This document shows, one piece after another, positions 9,606 to 18,503 of a DNA stretch of 64,000 nucleotides (position 1 is the first letter of the stretch; each line of letters opens with the position of its first letter). The notes under the pieces were generated by a model that did no database searches, had not been told where the DNA came from, and saw only the letters and a program-made list of their open reading frames with translations. Source of the stretch: Clostridia bacterium (lineage in GTDB: Bacteria; Bacillota; Clostridia; Oscillospirales; CAG-272); contig JAFTQL010000015.1 of assembly GCA_017462795.1 (NCBI GenBank), positions 7,825 to 71,824 of the forward strand, read 5' to 3'. The translations under genes and the position numbers were made by a program.

Positions 9606-9820
9606 CTTACTTTTTCTTTCGCGAAAGAAAAAGTAAGCAAAAAGAAAGCAAAAATACTACGTACTGAGGAAAAGTCTTAATCAGATCATCCCTTAAAGTT
9701 AACTCGAAAGAAAAAGTAAGCAAAAAGAAAGCAAAGATACTACGTACTGAGGAAAAGTCTGAATCAGATCATCCCTTAAGGTTAACTCGAAAGAAAAGCA
9801 AAGAGAAAACAAAGATACTT
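9606..9820. repeat. perfect 32-bp palindrome followed by an 83-bp tandem repeat (2 full copies plus a partial third)
   Basis: CTTACTTTTTCTTTCGCGAAAGAAAAAGTAAG at 9606-9637. Units start CGAAAGAAAA at 9622, 9705 and 9788; the two full copies are near-identical. Confidence 0.9.
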
Positions 9821-9843
9821 AATTTTATTCAGAGGTACATTTT

Positions 9844-11937
9844 ATGACCAAGAAGATTCCCGAAATATTCGGCTGTATGGTTTTCAGCGACGAGGTAATG
9901 CGTGAAAGGCTTCCCAAGGAGGTCTACAAATCCCTTACCAAAACTATCGCCACAGGCAGGACTATCGACGCATCCATAGCGGACGTTGTCGCTAACGCAA
10001 TGAAAGACTGGGCGATAGAGAAGGGAGCGACTCACTATACCCACTGGTTCCAGCCACTCACAGGTGTTACCGCGGAGAAGCACGATAGCTTTATCTCTCC
10101 CGTGGGCAACTGCAAGGTGGTTATGGAGTTCTCGGGAAAAGAGCTGATCAAGGGTGAGTCCGACGCTTCCTCATTCCCCTCGGGCGGTCTTCGCGCCACC
10201 TTTGAGGCGAGAGGATACACCGCGTGGGATCCCGCGTCCTATGCTTTTGTCAAGGACGGAACGCTGTACATACCCACCGCGTTCTGCTCCTACACGGGCG
10301 AGGCGCTTGATACAAAGACCCCCTTGCTCCGTTCCATGGACGCCATCAATGCTCAGGGCTTGAGAATACTTCGCCTCTTCGGCGACAGCAATTCCAAGAG
10401 GCTGAACATCACCGTGGGTGCTGAGCAGGAGTATTTTATCGTCGATAAGGAAAACTACGACAAGCGCAAGGATCTTATTTATACGGGCAGAACTCTGTTC
10501 GGCGCTCCCGCACCCAAGGGACAGGAGCTTGAGGATCACTATTTCGGTCCTCTCAAGACCCGTATCAGCGCGTATATGGCTGATCTTGACGAGGCGCTGT
10601 GGAAGCTTGGCATCAATTCCAAGACAAAGCACAATGAGGCAGCCCCCGCTCAGCATGAGCTTGCGCCTATTTACGAGACCACCAATATGGCTGTTGATCA
10701 CAATCTTCTCACCATGGAGTACATGAAGAAGATAGCGGAGAAGCACGGACTTGTCTGCCTGCTTCACGAAAAGCCTTACGAGGGTGTCAACGGCTCGGGT
10801 AAGCACAACAACTGGTCTATCTGTACTGACACGGGCAAGAATCTGCTTGACCCCGGCAAAACTCCCGCGGAGAACGCAAAGTTCCTGCTCATTCTCGCCG
10901 CTATAGTCAAGGCGGTTGACGATTATCAGGATCTTATGAGAATATCCATTGCTTACGCGGGTAACGACCACCGTCTCGGAGCGGATGAAGCGCCTCCCGC
11001 CATCGTGTCCATTTTTGTGGGCGAGGAGCTGGAGCAGATAATCAAGTCTATCGTAGACGGCACGTCCTACAAGGGCGCAAAGGCGGGTATCATGGATCTG
11101 GGTGTTCCCACCGTGCCTACCTTCCGCAAGGACACCACCGACAGAAACAGGACATCTCCCTTTGCCTTTACGGGCAACAAGTTTGAGTTCCGTATGCTCG
11201 GTTCTTCTCAGAATATCGCTATGCCAAACATCGTTCTCAACACGGCGGTAGCGGAGAGCTTCAAGCAATTTGCGGATGTTCTTGAGGTGGCTGAGGACTT
11301 TGACGCGGCTGTCAGCAGGCTGACAAAGGAGACCTTTGCGGCACACATGCGTATTCTCTTTGACGGAGACGGATATTCCGAGGAGTGGGAAAAGGAAGCC
11401 GCCGCGCGCGGACTGCTCAATCTCAAGACTTCTGTTGAGGCTTACAAGTATTTCAATCTTCCCAAAAACGTAAAGCTGTTTATTGATCACGGCGTTATGA
11501 GTGAGGTGGAGATCAACTCACGCGAGGAGATATATTTCGAGAATTACTCAAAGATAGTCAATATCGAGGCGCTTACCATGATAGAAATGGCGAGCCGCGA
11601 CATTATTCCCGCGGTAAACGCCTATGTTGCCGAGGTTTCCGATCAGGCATCGGCAAAGCTTGCGGTAATGCCCGATATCGATGTGTCTGTTGAAAAGAGC
11701 ATTATCTCTGAGCTTTCCGACCTCAACGCCAAAGCATACAAGGCAATGCTCGCGCTCAAGACCGCAGAATCCGACGCGGCAAAGATAGCGGATGCTGTTG
11801 CCCGTGCCGAGGCATATTGTGACAAGGTCATTCCCGCTATGAACCTTCTCCGTTCTTATGTAGACGCCATGGAGCCCATTACGGCATCCGATTTCTGGCC
11901 TCTGCCTACCTACGGTGATCTTATGTTCAGGGTTTAA
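9844..11937 (+). CDS. glnA: glutamine synthetase type III
   Basis: HYTHWFQPLTG, AEKHDSF, DASSFPSGGLRATFEARGY, NGSGKHNNWS, DRNRTSPFAFTGNKFEFR; 697 aa. Confidence 0.95.
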   Translation: MTKKIPEIFGCMVFSDEVMRERLPKEVYKSLTKTIATGRTIDASIADVVANAMKDWAIEKGATHYTHWFQPLTGVTAEKHDSFISPVGNCKVVMEFSGKELIKGESDASSFPSGGLRATFEARGYTAWDPASYAFVKDGTLYIPTAFCSYTGEALDTKTPLLRSMDAINAQGLRILRLFGDSNSKRLNITVGAEQEYFIVDKENYDKRKDLIYTGRTLFGAPAPKGQELEDHYFGPLKTRISAYMADLDEALWKLGINSKTKHNEAAPAQHELAPIYETTNMAVDHNLLTMEYMKKIAEKHGLVCLLHEKPYEGVNGSGKHNNWSICTDTGKNLLDPGKTPAENAKFLLILAAIVKAVDDYQDLMRISIAYAGNDHRLGADEAPPAIVSIFVGEELEQIIKSIVDGTSYKGAKAGIMDLGVPTVPTFRKDTTDRNRTSPFAFTGNKFEFRMLGSSQNIAMPNIVLNTAVAESFKQFADVLEVAEDFDAAVSRLTKETFAAHMRILFDGDGYSEEWEKEAAARGLLNLKTSVEAYKYFNLPKNVKLFIDHGVMSEVEINSREEIYFENYSKIVNIEALTMIEMASRDIIPAVNAYVAEVSDQASAKLAVMPDIDVSVEKSIISELSDLNAKAYKAMLALKTAESDAAKIADAVARAEAYCDKVIPAMNLLRSYVDAMEPITASDFWPLPTYGDLMFRV

Positions 11938-11961
11938 GCCTTGGTATTGACCTTAATAATC

Positions 11962-11997
11962 AAAAAAGATGCTTCTTTGAGGAGCATCTTTTTTTTA
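11962..11997 (+). terminator. intrinsic terminator of glnA
   Basis: AAAAAAGATGCTTC-TTT-GAGGAGCATCTTTTTTTT. Confidence 0.8.
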
Positions 11998-12000
11998 TAT

Positions 12001-12160
12001 AAAAATAAAACTCGCTAAGCGTGCAGCAGCGCGTGCGAGTTTTTTCCTTATGACATACAGATGATCACTCATCCACAAAACAATATTTTCTCGATCGATC
12101 CCAACTCTTTAAAGTTCTTGAAGAGGTTTGGAGAAACTTCTTTCAAGAAGTTTCTCCAAA
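12001..12160. repeat. composite intergenic repeat, copy 1 (hairpin A + ATGATCACTCATCCACAAAA + family B hairpin)
   Basis: Homologous to 42931-43121. Confidence 0.75.
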
Positions 12161-12247
12161 AATCGCATCCCGCACTCCCGCATCATATTTTGTATAACAA
12201 AAAGAGCAACGCGTCACTTGCGTTGCTCTTAAAAGCATATTCACTTA

Positions 12248-12658
12248 TCACCAGCTGACGGTAATGTCGGTGAGTCTTCCGCATATGTAATCCTGAACCA
12301 CACCCGTGTAGCTGCCGTCGTACTTGCCCTCAACTGTCATGGTAACATCGGCGTTGGGCATTTCCTGTCCCTCGGGCCACTCAAGGACCATCAGTCTTGT
12401 ACAGCAAGCTGTGGCGTCGTTATATACGCAGTATATGTCCGCGCCGTCCTCGCTCATGGCGACAAAGCCTTGCATCTTGACTGTCTTGTCCGCAAAAAGG
12501 TCGGGGAAAGCGCTCATATTACTGAGCTGTGTCTGGATCATGGTGGCGCTCATGGACGTAAGATCGATGTAATTCTCATCCTTCGGTTCGTCCTCTCCGC
12601 AGGAAACAAAGCAAGCAAGGCACAAAAGCGCCAACATAAGGCAAATAATTTTTTTCAT
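12248..12658 (-). CDS. lipoprotein with Cys-Cys motif (accessory gene of the metal ABC operon)
   Basis: Signal peptide ending FVSC; CVYNDATACCT motif; start overlaps the permease stop. Confidence 0.7.
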   Translation of the reverse strand: MKKIICLMLALLCLACFVSCGEDEPKDENYIDLTSMSATMIQTQLSNMSAFPDLFADKTVKMQGFVAMSEDGADIYCVYNDATACCTRLMVLEWPEGQEMPNADVTMTVEGKYDGSYTGVVQDYICGRLTDITVSW

Positions 12659-13497
12659 TTTCTGACTCCTCCTAAAATTGCGCCCGCAAGTGAAAATCCC
12701 GCAAAGGCAACTATATCAACAGCAACGATGGTAGGTCCGACAGGCGTTCCCAGAATGGAAATGAGTATTCCCAAGGCGGAACAGCAAACGGACAGCACCG
12801 CCGCGCATATTGTGACCGACTTAAAGCTCTTGAACACACGCATTGCCGACAGCGCGGGGAAAATTACAAGCGCGGATATCAGCAAGGAGCCCACAAGATT
12901 CATGGCAAGAACGATTATAACGGCAATGACGATAGCGATAAGCAGATTGTAAAGACCTGCCTTCATGCCCGTTGCCTTGGAAAAGCTTTCGTCAAAGGTA
13001 ACGCAGAATATCTTATTGTAAAACAGCAGGAACACCGCCACCACAACGATGGACAGTATGACGCACATCCATACGTCAAATGCGGTAAGCGTCAGTATGG
13101 ACGTAGCTCCAAACAGAGTAGCGCACACGTCACCCGACAGGTTATTGGACTTAGAGAACACGCTCATCAAAAGATATCCGAGAGCCAACGCACCCACCGA
13201 TATCATCGCCACGGACGCGTCTCCGTTTATCTTTGCGTTCTGTCCCGTCCGCAAAAGAAGCACAGCGCAGATTATGGTAATGGGCATTACCAGCGCCATC
13301 TCGTTTGTCAGTCCCACAACGCCCGCCACAGCCATAGCCCCGAAAGCCACGTGGGAAAGTCCGTCACCGATAAAGGAAAATCTTTTAAGCACCAGCGTAA
13401 CACCGAGAAGCGAGGAGCAAAGCGCGATAAGCACTCCTGTTATCATGGCGTACCGGACGAATGAATACTCAAAATATCCGAAAAGCTCGTTAAGCAT
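12655..13497 (-). CDS. Zn/Mn ABC transporter permease (ZnuB/ABC-3 family)
   Basis: SFIGDGLSHVAFG, VGSLLISALVIFPALSA motifs; probable start MLNELFGY. Confidence 0.9.
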   Translation of the reverse strand: MLNELFGYFEYSFVRYAMITGVLIALCSSLLGVTLVLKRFSFIGDGLSHVAFGAMAVAGVVGLTNEMALVMPITIICAVLLLRTGQNAKINGDASVAMISVGALALGYLLMSVFSKSNNLSGDVCATLFGATSILTLTAFDVWMCVILSIVVVAVFLLFYNKIFCVTFDESFSKATGMKAGLYNLLIAIVIAVIIVLAMNLVGSLLISALVIFPALSAMRVFKSFKSVTICAAVLSVCCSALGILISILGTPVGPTIVAVDIVAFAGFSLAGAILGGVRK

Positions 13498-14218
13498 TGC
13501 CATCTCCCCCTTCCTGCGCGTTCTCCACAGCGTCAAACATTCTTCCAATGTCGCTCTGCGCGTATTCATGTCTTGTGCCGAAGAACACCGTCTTGCCTAT
13601 ATGGAGTATGTGCGTGGCGTATTTCATTGCCGCCGCTATATCGTGGGATATCATGATAACTGTAATGCCGTCCTTGCGGTTAAGCTCGGAGATCAGATTG
13701 TACATGTCCACTGTCACCTTGGGATCAAGTCCGGAAACAGGCTCGTCAAGGAGCAACAGCTTTCTTGTCGCGCACAGGGCGCGGGCAAGCAGAACTCTCT
13801 GCTGCTGACCGCCCGAAAGCTCACGGTAGCATCGCTTTTCAAGAGAGGTGATGTTCATCCTCTCCATAGCCGACGCGGCAAGCTTCTTTTCCTCCTTATT
13901 GTAAAAGGGGCGCAGACCGCATCTTGCCTGACAGCCGGAAAGCACTATCTCACGCACGGAGGCGGGGAAATCCTTTTGTACCACTGTCTGCTGGGGCAGA
14001 TAACCTATCTCATTTCTGTTGAGCCCATCGCCTGTGGTTATCTTGCCCTTCATAGGCGCGTGCAGTCCGAGCACTGTTTTCATAAGCGTTGATTTTCCCG
14101 ATCCGTTCTCGCCGACGATGCACAGGTAATTACCTTCATTGACCGAAAAATTCAGATCGGAGAGTATTTCTTTTCCATCATATCCGAGGGACACACCCTC
14201 ACAGCTGAGTAATGACAC
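13490..14218 (-). CDS. Zn/Mn ABC transporter ATP-binding protein (ZnuC-like)
   Basis: GENGSGKST, GYLPQQ, DFPASVRE, LSGGQQQR, LLLLDEP, ISHD. Confidence 0.92.
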   Translation of the reverse strand: MSLLSCEGVSLGYDGKEILSDLNFSVNEGNYLCIVGENGSGKSTLMKTVLGLHAPMKGKITTGDGLNRNEIGYLPQQTVVQKDFPASVREIVLSGCQARCGLRPFYNKEEKKLAASAMERMNITSLEKRCYRELSGGQQQRVLLARALCATRKLLLLDEPVSGLDPKVTVDMYNLISELNRKDGITVIMISHDIAAAMKYATHILHIGKTVFFGTRHEYAQSDIGRMFDAVENAQEGGDGNA

Positions 14219-14229
14219 GGAATACCTCC

Positions 14230-15204
14230 TTAATTCAAGGCTTCCGTAAAGGAAGCGAGATTGCTCTCCATAACGGAGAGGTAGTCAACACCGTCAGCCA
14301 CGTCCGCCGCAGTGACCGCCTGAAGAGAGTTTACGGACACGATCTTAGCGTTCTTGGCGGTTGTCGCGCCTATAACGGTATTGGTAAAGTCCATGAGCTC
14401 AGAGCCGTCGATGTTCATGACATAACCAAGGGACAGCTCGTCTATCTTGTTTGCAAGACCTGCTATGACCTCGGGAGTGGCGGCAGTCTCGGTGGAGCAG
14501 CCGTCAAATGCGGCGTAATACTCAATGCCGTAGTCATGGCAAAGGTAAATAAAGGGAAATCTGTCGGTAAAGACCACTGTCTTGTTCTTGGCGTTCTCCA
14601 CAGCCTCGCTGTATCTCGCGTCAAGGCTGTTGAGTTTTTCGGTGTAGGCGGTGAGATTTTGAGAATATGTATCCTTGTTCGCCTCGTCCGCTCTTGAAAG
14701 ACCGTCGGCAATTATCCTGCAAGCTTCCGCGGCGTTTCTCAGCGACAGCCATATATGCTCGTCAAGCTCATGCTCATGGTCGTGACCGTGGTCGCTCTCT
14801 TCTCCAGCTTCTTCTTCGTGATGGCTGATGGCAGCCTCAAGCATTTCCTCCATCTCATCCATGAGATTGATGACTATCCTGCTCTCGTTGGTGGAATTTT
14901 TCAGCACGTCCTCCACCCAGGAGTCGGACTCGCCGCCAACGTAAATAAACAGGTCGCAAGCGCCTATCTTTATAATATCATCGGTTGTGGGCTGATAGTT
15001 GTGCAGATCCACTCCGTCGTCAAGAAGCATGGTAAGCTCGGCGTCCTCCGCCTTATCGCCCAACAGCTCCTCTACCCAGTCGTACACGGGAAATACCGTG
15101 GTCACAATGCTGATGCCGTCCTTTTTTCCGTCATCATTGCCGCAACCCGCGAGTATGCCCGTGAGCATTACAAGCGCGATGATCGCGCATATTATTTTCT
15201 TCAT
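14230..15204 (-). CDS. Zn/Mn ABC transporter substrate-binding lipoprotein (ZnuA/AdcA-like)
   Basis: Lipobox LAGC; DLHNYQPT; His/Glu-rich loop HHEEEAGEESDHGHDHEHE; DEHIWLS. Confidence 0.92.
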   Translation of the reverse strand: MKKIICAIIALVMLTGILAGCGNDDGKKDGISIVTTVFPVYDWVEELLGDKAEDAELTMLLDDGVDLHNYQPTTDDIIKIGACDLFIYVGGESDSWVEDVLKNSTNESRIVINLMDEMEEMLEAAISHHEEEAGEESDHGHDHEHELDEHIWLSLRNAAEACRIIADGLSRADEANKDTYSQNLTAYTEKLNSLDARYSEAVENAKNKTVVFTDRFPFIYLCHDYGIEYYAAFDGCSTETAATPEVIAGLANKIDELSLGYVMNIDGSELMDFTNTVIGATTAKNAKIVSVNSLQAVTAADVADGVDYLSVMESNLASFTEALN

Positions 15205-15211
15205 AAATAAA

Positions 15212-15308
15212 AAACCTCCAAATCAAATAAGAACTTTTTTGCATGCCGATCGAACCCTGCCGAAGCAGGGTAAAAAAACGCCTGAGTCCTTATTTAATTC
15301 AGAAGCTT
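15212..15308 (-). promoter_or_regulatory. Shine-Dalgarno-sequestering mRNA helix between the leader ORF and the substrate-binding-protein gene
   Basis: On the mRNA, AAGCUUCUGAAUUAAAUAAGGACU (15308-15285) pairs at all 24 positions (6 G-U) with AGUUCUUAUUUGAUUUGGAGGUUU (15235-15212). Internal C(UUCG)G hairpin at 15271-15254. Confidence 0.7.
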
Positions 15309-15584
15309 GACCTTCATCATAACGGGAGTATGGCACACGGCACCATGATATTTGGATACAAACACATGGACAACAAGGCATGAAACCATCGCGCAGATGC
15401 CGCAAAGCGTAAGCGTCACGCTCTGTAACAGCTTTTCGTTCACTCCGAACTGACAGCAAATGCCGCAACTACCGTCAACGCAGTCGTGATGCAGCACACC
15501 CACTCCGCAAACAGACACGAAAAGTATGACAAAACAGACTGCCACCGCAGCCATTGTAACAGCTATTGTAGTCCGCTTAGCCAT
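15294..15584 (-). CDS. small Cys/His-rich membrane protein; putative leader peptide of the metal ABC operon
   Basis: GGGAGG SD; hydrophobic segment, HHDCVDGSCGICC, second hydrophobic segment, C-terminal TPVMMKVKLLN; first ORF after the promoter. Confidence 0.7.
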   Translation of the reverse strand: MAKRTTIAVTMAAVAVCFVILFVSVCGVGVLHHDCVDGSCGICCQFGVNEKLLQSVTLTLCGICAMVSCLVVHVFVSKYHGAVCHTPVMMKVKLLN

Positions 15585-15619
15585 ATCCGACCTCCCAAAT
15601 ACATTTTAAACCATTGTAT

Positions 15620-15648
15620 AGTATAACATACACGATTTGTTTTGTCAA
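15620..15648 (-). promoter_or_regulatory. sigma-A promoter of the leader/metal ABC operon
   Basis: TTGACA (15648-15643), 17 nt, TGn-TATACT (15625-15620). Confidence 0.7.
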
Positions 15649-15682
15649 GTGGGAAAATCAAATTACTCATTACTCCGAATTT

Positions 15683-16690
15683 TCATGTTTTCGATCGCTT
15701 GACGGTGTGTGGCGGACGGATGCCGTTGTGTATGTATTCGTAGCTTTCCAGCAGAAGCTCTCTGGCTATTATCCTGCGCAGATCTCCCGTAGGTCCTGCC
15801 ATGTGGGGCATGAGGATTACGTTGGGCAACGAGAACATCGCAAGGTCCTCTTCCACGCAAAACGCTTCCGACAGCGGTTCACGCTCAAAAACATCCAGAA
15901 CAGCGCCGAACCTGCCTACGGAAAGCGCGTTTATAAGCGCGCTCTGCCTGATGATACCTCCGCGCGAGGTGTTGACAAGCAACGCGCCGTCACGTATAAG
16001 ACACAACTGCTCGTGATCGATCATATACCCGTCCTGTTCTGAGACAGGTGTCTGCACACAGATAATGTCACAGTCGCGGAAAATATTGTTCATGGGTATC
16101 TGGGTCATTCTGAGTCGTGCGCACTCGCGATTGGGGATAACGCGGTCGTCGCTGATGTAGAGCTCCACGCCGAAAACGGTCAGATACTTCGCCAGCGCGG
16201 CGGAGATATCGTTGTAGTTGACGATACCGACCTTCTTTCCCACAAGTCCGCGGTTTGTGTCCCAGGCGTGCTTCCATTCGCGGTTGTATTTGAGGCGGTA
16301 GCTGTATTCGGGGATGTTGCGGAGAGCCGACAGTATATACGCCACCACGCCCTCCGCCACCGAGGCGGAGTAATATGCCTGTCCCGATATCACCTTTATT
16401 CCCGCCCGCCATGCCTCACGGCTCATAAAGGGTTGCGGTGTTCCTCCGAGGTGTGTAAGCAACCGCAGTGTGGGTGCCGTCTCAAGCATTTCGGTGTCAA
16501 GCATGGGAGCACCCCAGCAGGTCACATACGCCTGACATCCCGCCATCAGCTCCGCCGCCTCGGAAGAGGTCATGTTTCTCGCGTAAGGATTATAGACCAC
16601 CTCGCCAAGGCTTTCGGCAAGGCGGATATTTTCACTTGTAAAAAAGGAATCAAAGGTCCTTCCTCGGGGACAGGATATAAGTATCTTCAT
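15683..16690 (-). CDS. D-2-hydroxyacid dehydrogenase family protein (degenerate Rossmann motif)
   Basis: SVAEGVVAYIL, LVNTSRGGII, VLDVFEREP, MPHMAGPT; start MKILISC after GGAGG. Confidence 0.82.
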   Translation of the reverse strand: MKILISCPRGRTFDSFFTSENIRLAESLGEVVYNPYARNMTSSEAAELMAGCQAYVTCWGAPMLDTEMLETAPTLRLLTHLGGTPQPFMSREAWRAGIKVISGQAYYSASVAEGVVAYILSALRNIPEYSYRLKYNREWKHAWDTNRGLVGKKVGIVNYNDISAALAKYLTVFGVELYISDDRVIPNRECARLRMTQIPMNNIFRDCDIICVQTPVSEQDGYMIDHEQLCLIRDGALLVNTSRGGIIRQSALINALSVGRFGAVLDVFEREPLSEAFCVEEDLAMFSLPNVILMPHMAGPTGDLRRIIARELLLESYEYIHNGIRPPHTVKRSKT

Positions 16691-16782
16691 TTTATTTCCT
16701 CCGTTTCCTTTATTATACAACCAAAAAATTAAGAAAGAATGAAATTCGGACAGATACCCATATTGAAAATTTTATTTAGCTA

Positions 16783-16844
16783 TTGACAAACAACCGTATT
16801 AGTGATATAATACAGTTGAACTGTATTAATTGTGTAATACGGTT
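16783..16844 (+). promoter_or_regulatory. sigma-A promoter with two tandem YtrA-type operators
   Basis: TTGACA 16783-16788, 17 nt, TATAAT 16806-16811. AACCGTATTA-N6-TAATACAGTT (16792-16817) and AACTGTATTA-N6-TAATACGGTT (16819-16844). Confidence 0.8.
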
Positions 16845-16876
16845 TGAAGAAAAAGGGATGGGAGGCTTTTTGCATT

Positions 16877-17251
16877 ATGATAAATTTTGACGCTTTGATA
16901 ATTGAAGACGGTATCCCTATTTATTTGCAGATCGTGAGGCATATCAAGCGCGGTATCGTGTCGGGGGTGGTAAAGGATCGCGACGAGCTTCCGTCAAGGC
17001 GGGTGCTGTCGGCTTTTCTTGGGGTAAATCCCAACACCATACAAAAGGCATACCGCATTCTGGAGGATGAGGCGCTGATAGAGTCTCATTCGGGCGCAAA
17101 GAGCTATATGAGCCTTGACGGGGCGAGGATAGCGGCGGTGCGCGACGAGCTTGTGGAGGCGGATGCCAAAAGCTCTGTGGAGGCGCTCAAGCAGATGGGC
17201 GTTACCAAGGAGCAGGCGATCGCTTTGATAGAAAAATATTGGGAGGAGTGA
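16877..17251 (+). CDS. GntR family (YtrA subfamily) transcriptional regulator
   Basis: PIYLQIV, LPSRRVLSAFLGVNPNTIQKAYRILEDE; GGGAGG SD. Confidence 0.92.
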   Translation: MINFDALIIEDGIPIYLQIVRHIKRGIVSGVVKDRDELPSRRVLSAFLGVNPNTIQKAYRILEDEALIESHSGAKSYMSLDGARIAAVRDELVEADAKSSVEALKQMGVTKEQAIALIEKYWEE

Positions 17252-17257
17252 ACTGAT

Positions 17258-18007
17258 ATGAAAAAATTTTTATCCGCTCTCGCTGTATTCGGGCTTATAG
17301 CGCGGACATCCATGCGCAAGGTGTTTGGCATATTCGCGCTTCTCGTCGTCTCTCAGGTCGCGCTGTTCGGACGCGCCATGGAAAGGGAGCACGGGCTGAG
17401 AGGAGCGGACGCGAGACTTGAGAATGTGCTTGAGAATTGCGGAATGGGATGGGTACTGCTTGACGCCTTTGTTCTTATAACTGTGTGTCTGTCCCTTACC
17501 TTTACCGAACGCGGAGCCGTTACGGGTTACACGCTGAGAAGACTGTCGGTGGGGGAAAAGCAGGTGTTCTTTATGCAGGCGGTGTACAACTGCTGTATAT
17601 ATGTGGCGCTTCTGTGCCTGCAGATTGCCTTGGGCTATGGGCTTTGCAGGTGGTTTCTTGAGGTCAGCCCATCGGACTATGTCAGCGGACAGTCGGTGTT
17701 TATAGCCTTCTGGCGGGTGGAGCTTTTGCACAGCGTTCTTCCGCTTAACGAGGCGGCGCTTTGGATAAGAAACGGAATGATCGCGGTGTCGCTGGGGCTG
17801 GGGACGGCTTGCGTGTCCTTTAAGCAGAGGCGGAGAAAGCCCGCGCTTTCGGCGGTGTTCCTCACGGTGTGGACGGCGGCGCTGTTTGTGAGGGACATAG
17901 GAGACACCTTCACGGCGGTGCTGACTATGCTTGTCTGCGCAGGTGTGGCGGCTCTGTCGCTTTACGCAGTGTTCAAGAAGGAGACGGTGACTTATGAGGA
18001 TATTTGA
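17258..18007 (+). CDS. multi-pass membrane protein (probable ABC-2-type permease)
   Basis: About 6 hydrophobic segments; GYTLRRLSV loop; in an operon with GntR and an ABC ATPase. Confidence 0.65.
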   Translation: MKKFLSALAVFGLIARTSMRKVFGIFALLVVSQVALFGRAMEREHGLRGADARLENVLENCGMGWVLLDAFVLITVCLSLTFTERGAVTGYTLRRLSVGEKQVFFMQAVYNCCIYVALLCLQIALGYGLCRWFLEVSPSDYVSGQSVFIAFWRVELLHSVLPLNEAALWIRNGMIAVSLGLGTACVSFKQRRRKPALSAVFLTVWTAALFVRDIGDTFTAVLTMLVCAGVAALSLYAVFKKETVTYEDI

Positions 18008-18503
18008 CAGACTTGAGGCGCTGACTCCTCCCGGGATATCGCCGAGGCGGCTGTTGGGCATGCTTGCTGCGGGAGCGGCACTGTCGGTCGTGAGGAGCTT
18101 TGAGTTTCTCATAAAGCTTTACGACGCTTTGCGGACGGTCTTTGATTACCATCCGCAGACGGGAGAGCCGATCATCATTGAGGGAAGGCGGATGCCAATG
18201 TTCTGGGCGCTGGCGGAGCAGAGCTTTATCGGCTTTGCCATAGCGGCGGCGGTGGCGCTTGCCTTTATTGGGTACTACTACGCGTCCTACCGAATGGGGA
18301 GCAGGAGCATCTATCTTATGCGGCGTCTGCCTCATCCGTGGGAGATGCACAAGCGAGCGCTGACGCTCCCCGTTATGGGAGCTTTGGCAATGCTTTTGCT
18401 GGGCGCTCTGACGGTGCTTGTCTATCTTGGTATTTATATGCTCGTAACGCCCGAGGCGGTATTGACTGCGGGAGCTATGGAGCAGTTGAAGGAGATTGTG
18501 TAA
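17994..18503 (+). CDS. membrane protein (probable ABC permease partner)
   Basis: 3 hydrophobic segments; SIYLMRRLP motif; overlaps neighbouring genes. Confidence 0.65.
   Translation: MRIFDRLEALTPPGISPRRLLGMLAAGAALSVVRSFEFLIKLYDALRTVFDYHPQTGEPIIIEGRRMPMFWALAEQSFIGFAIAAAVALAFIGYYYASYRMGSRSIYLMRRLPHPWEMHKRALTLPVMGALAMLLLGALTVLVYLGIYMLVTPEAVLTAGAMEQLKEIV

Noticed and set aside
9622-9820. 83-bp repeat as a CRISPR array
   Set aside because: Whole units are near-identical, so there are no unique spacers; fewer than three units; no cas genes in the window.
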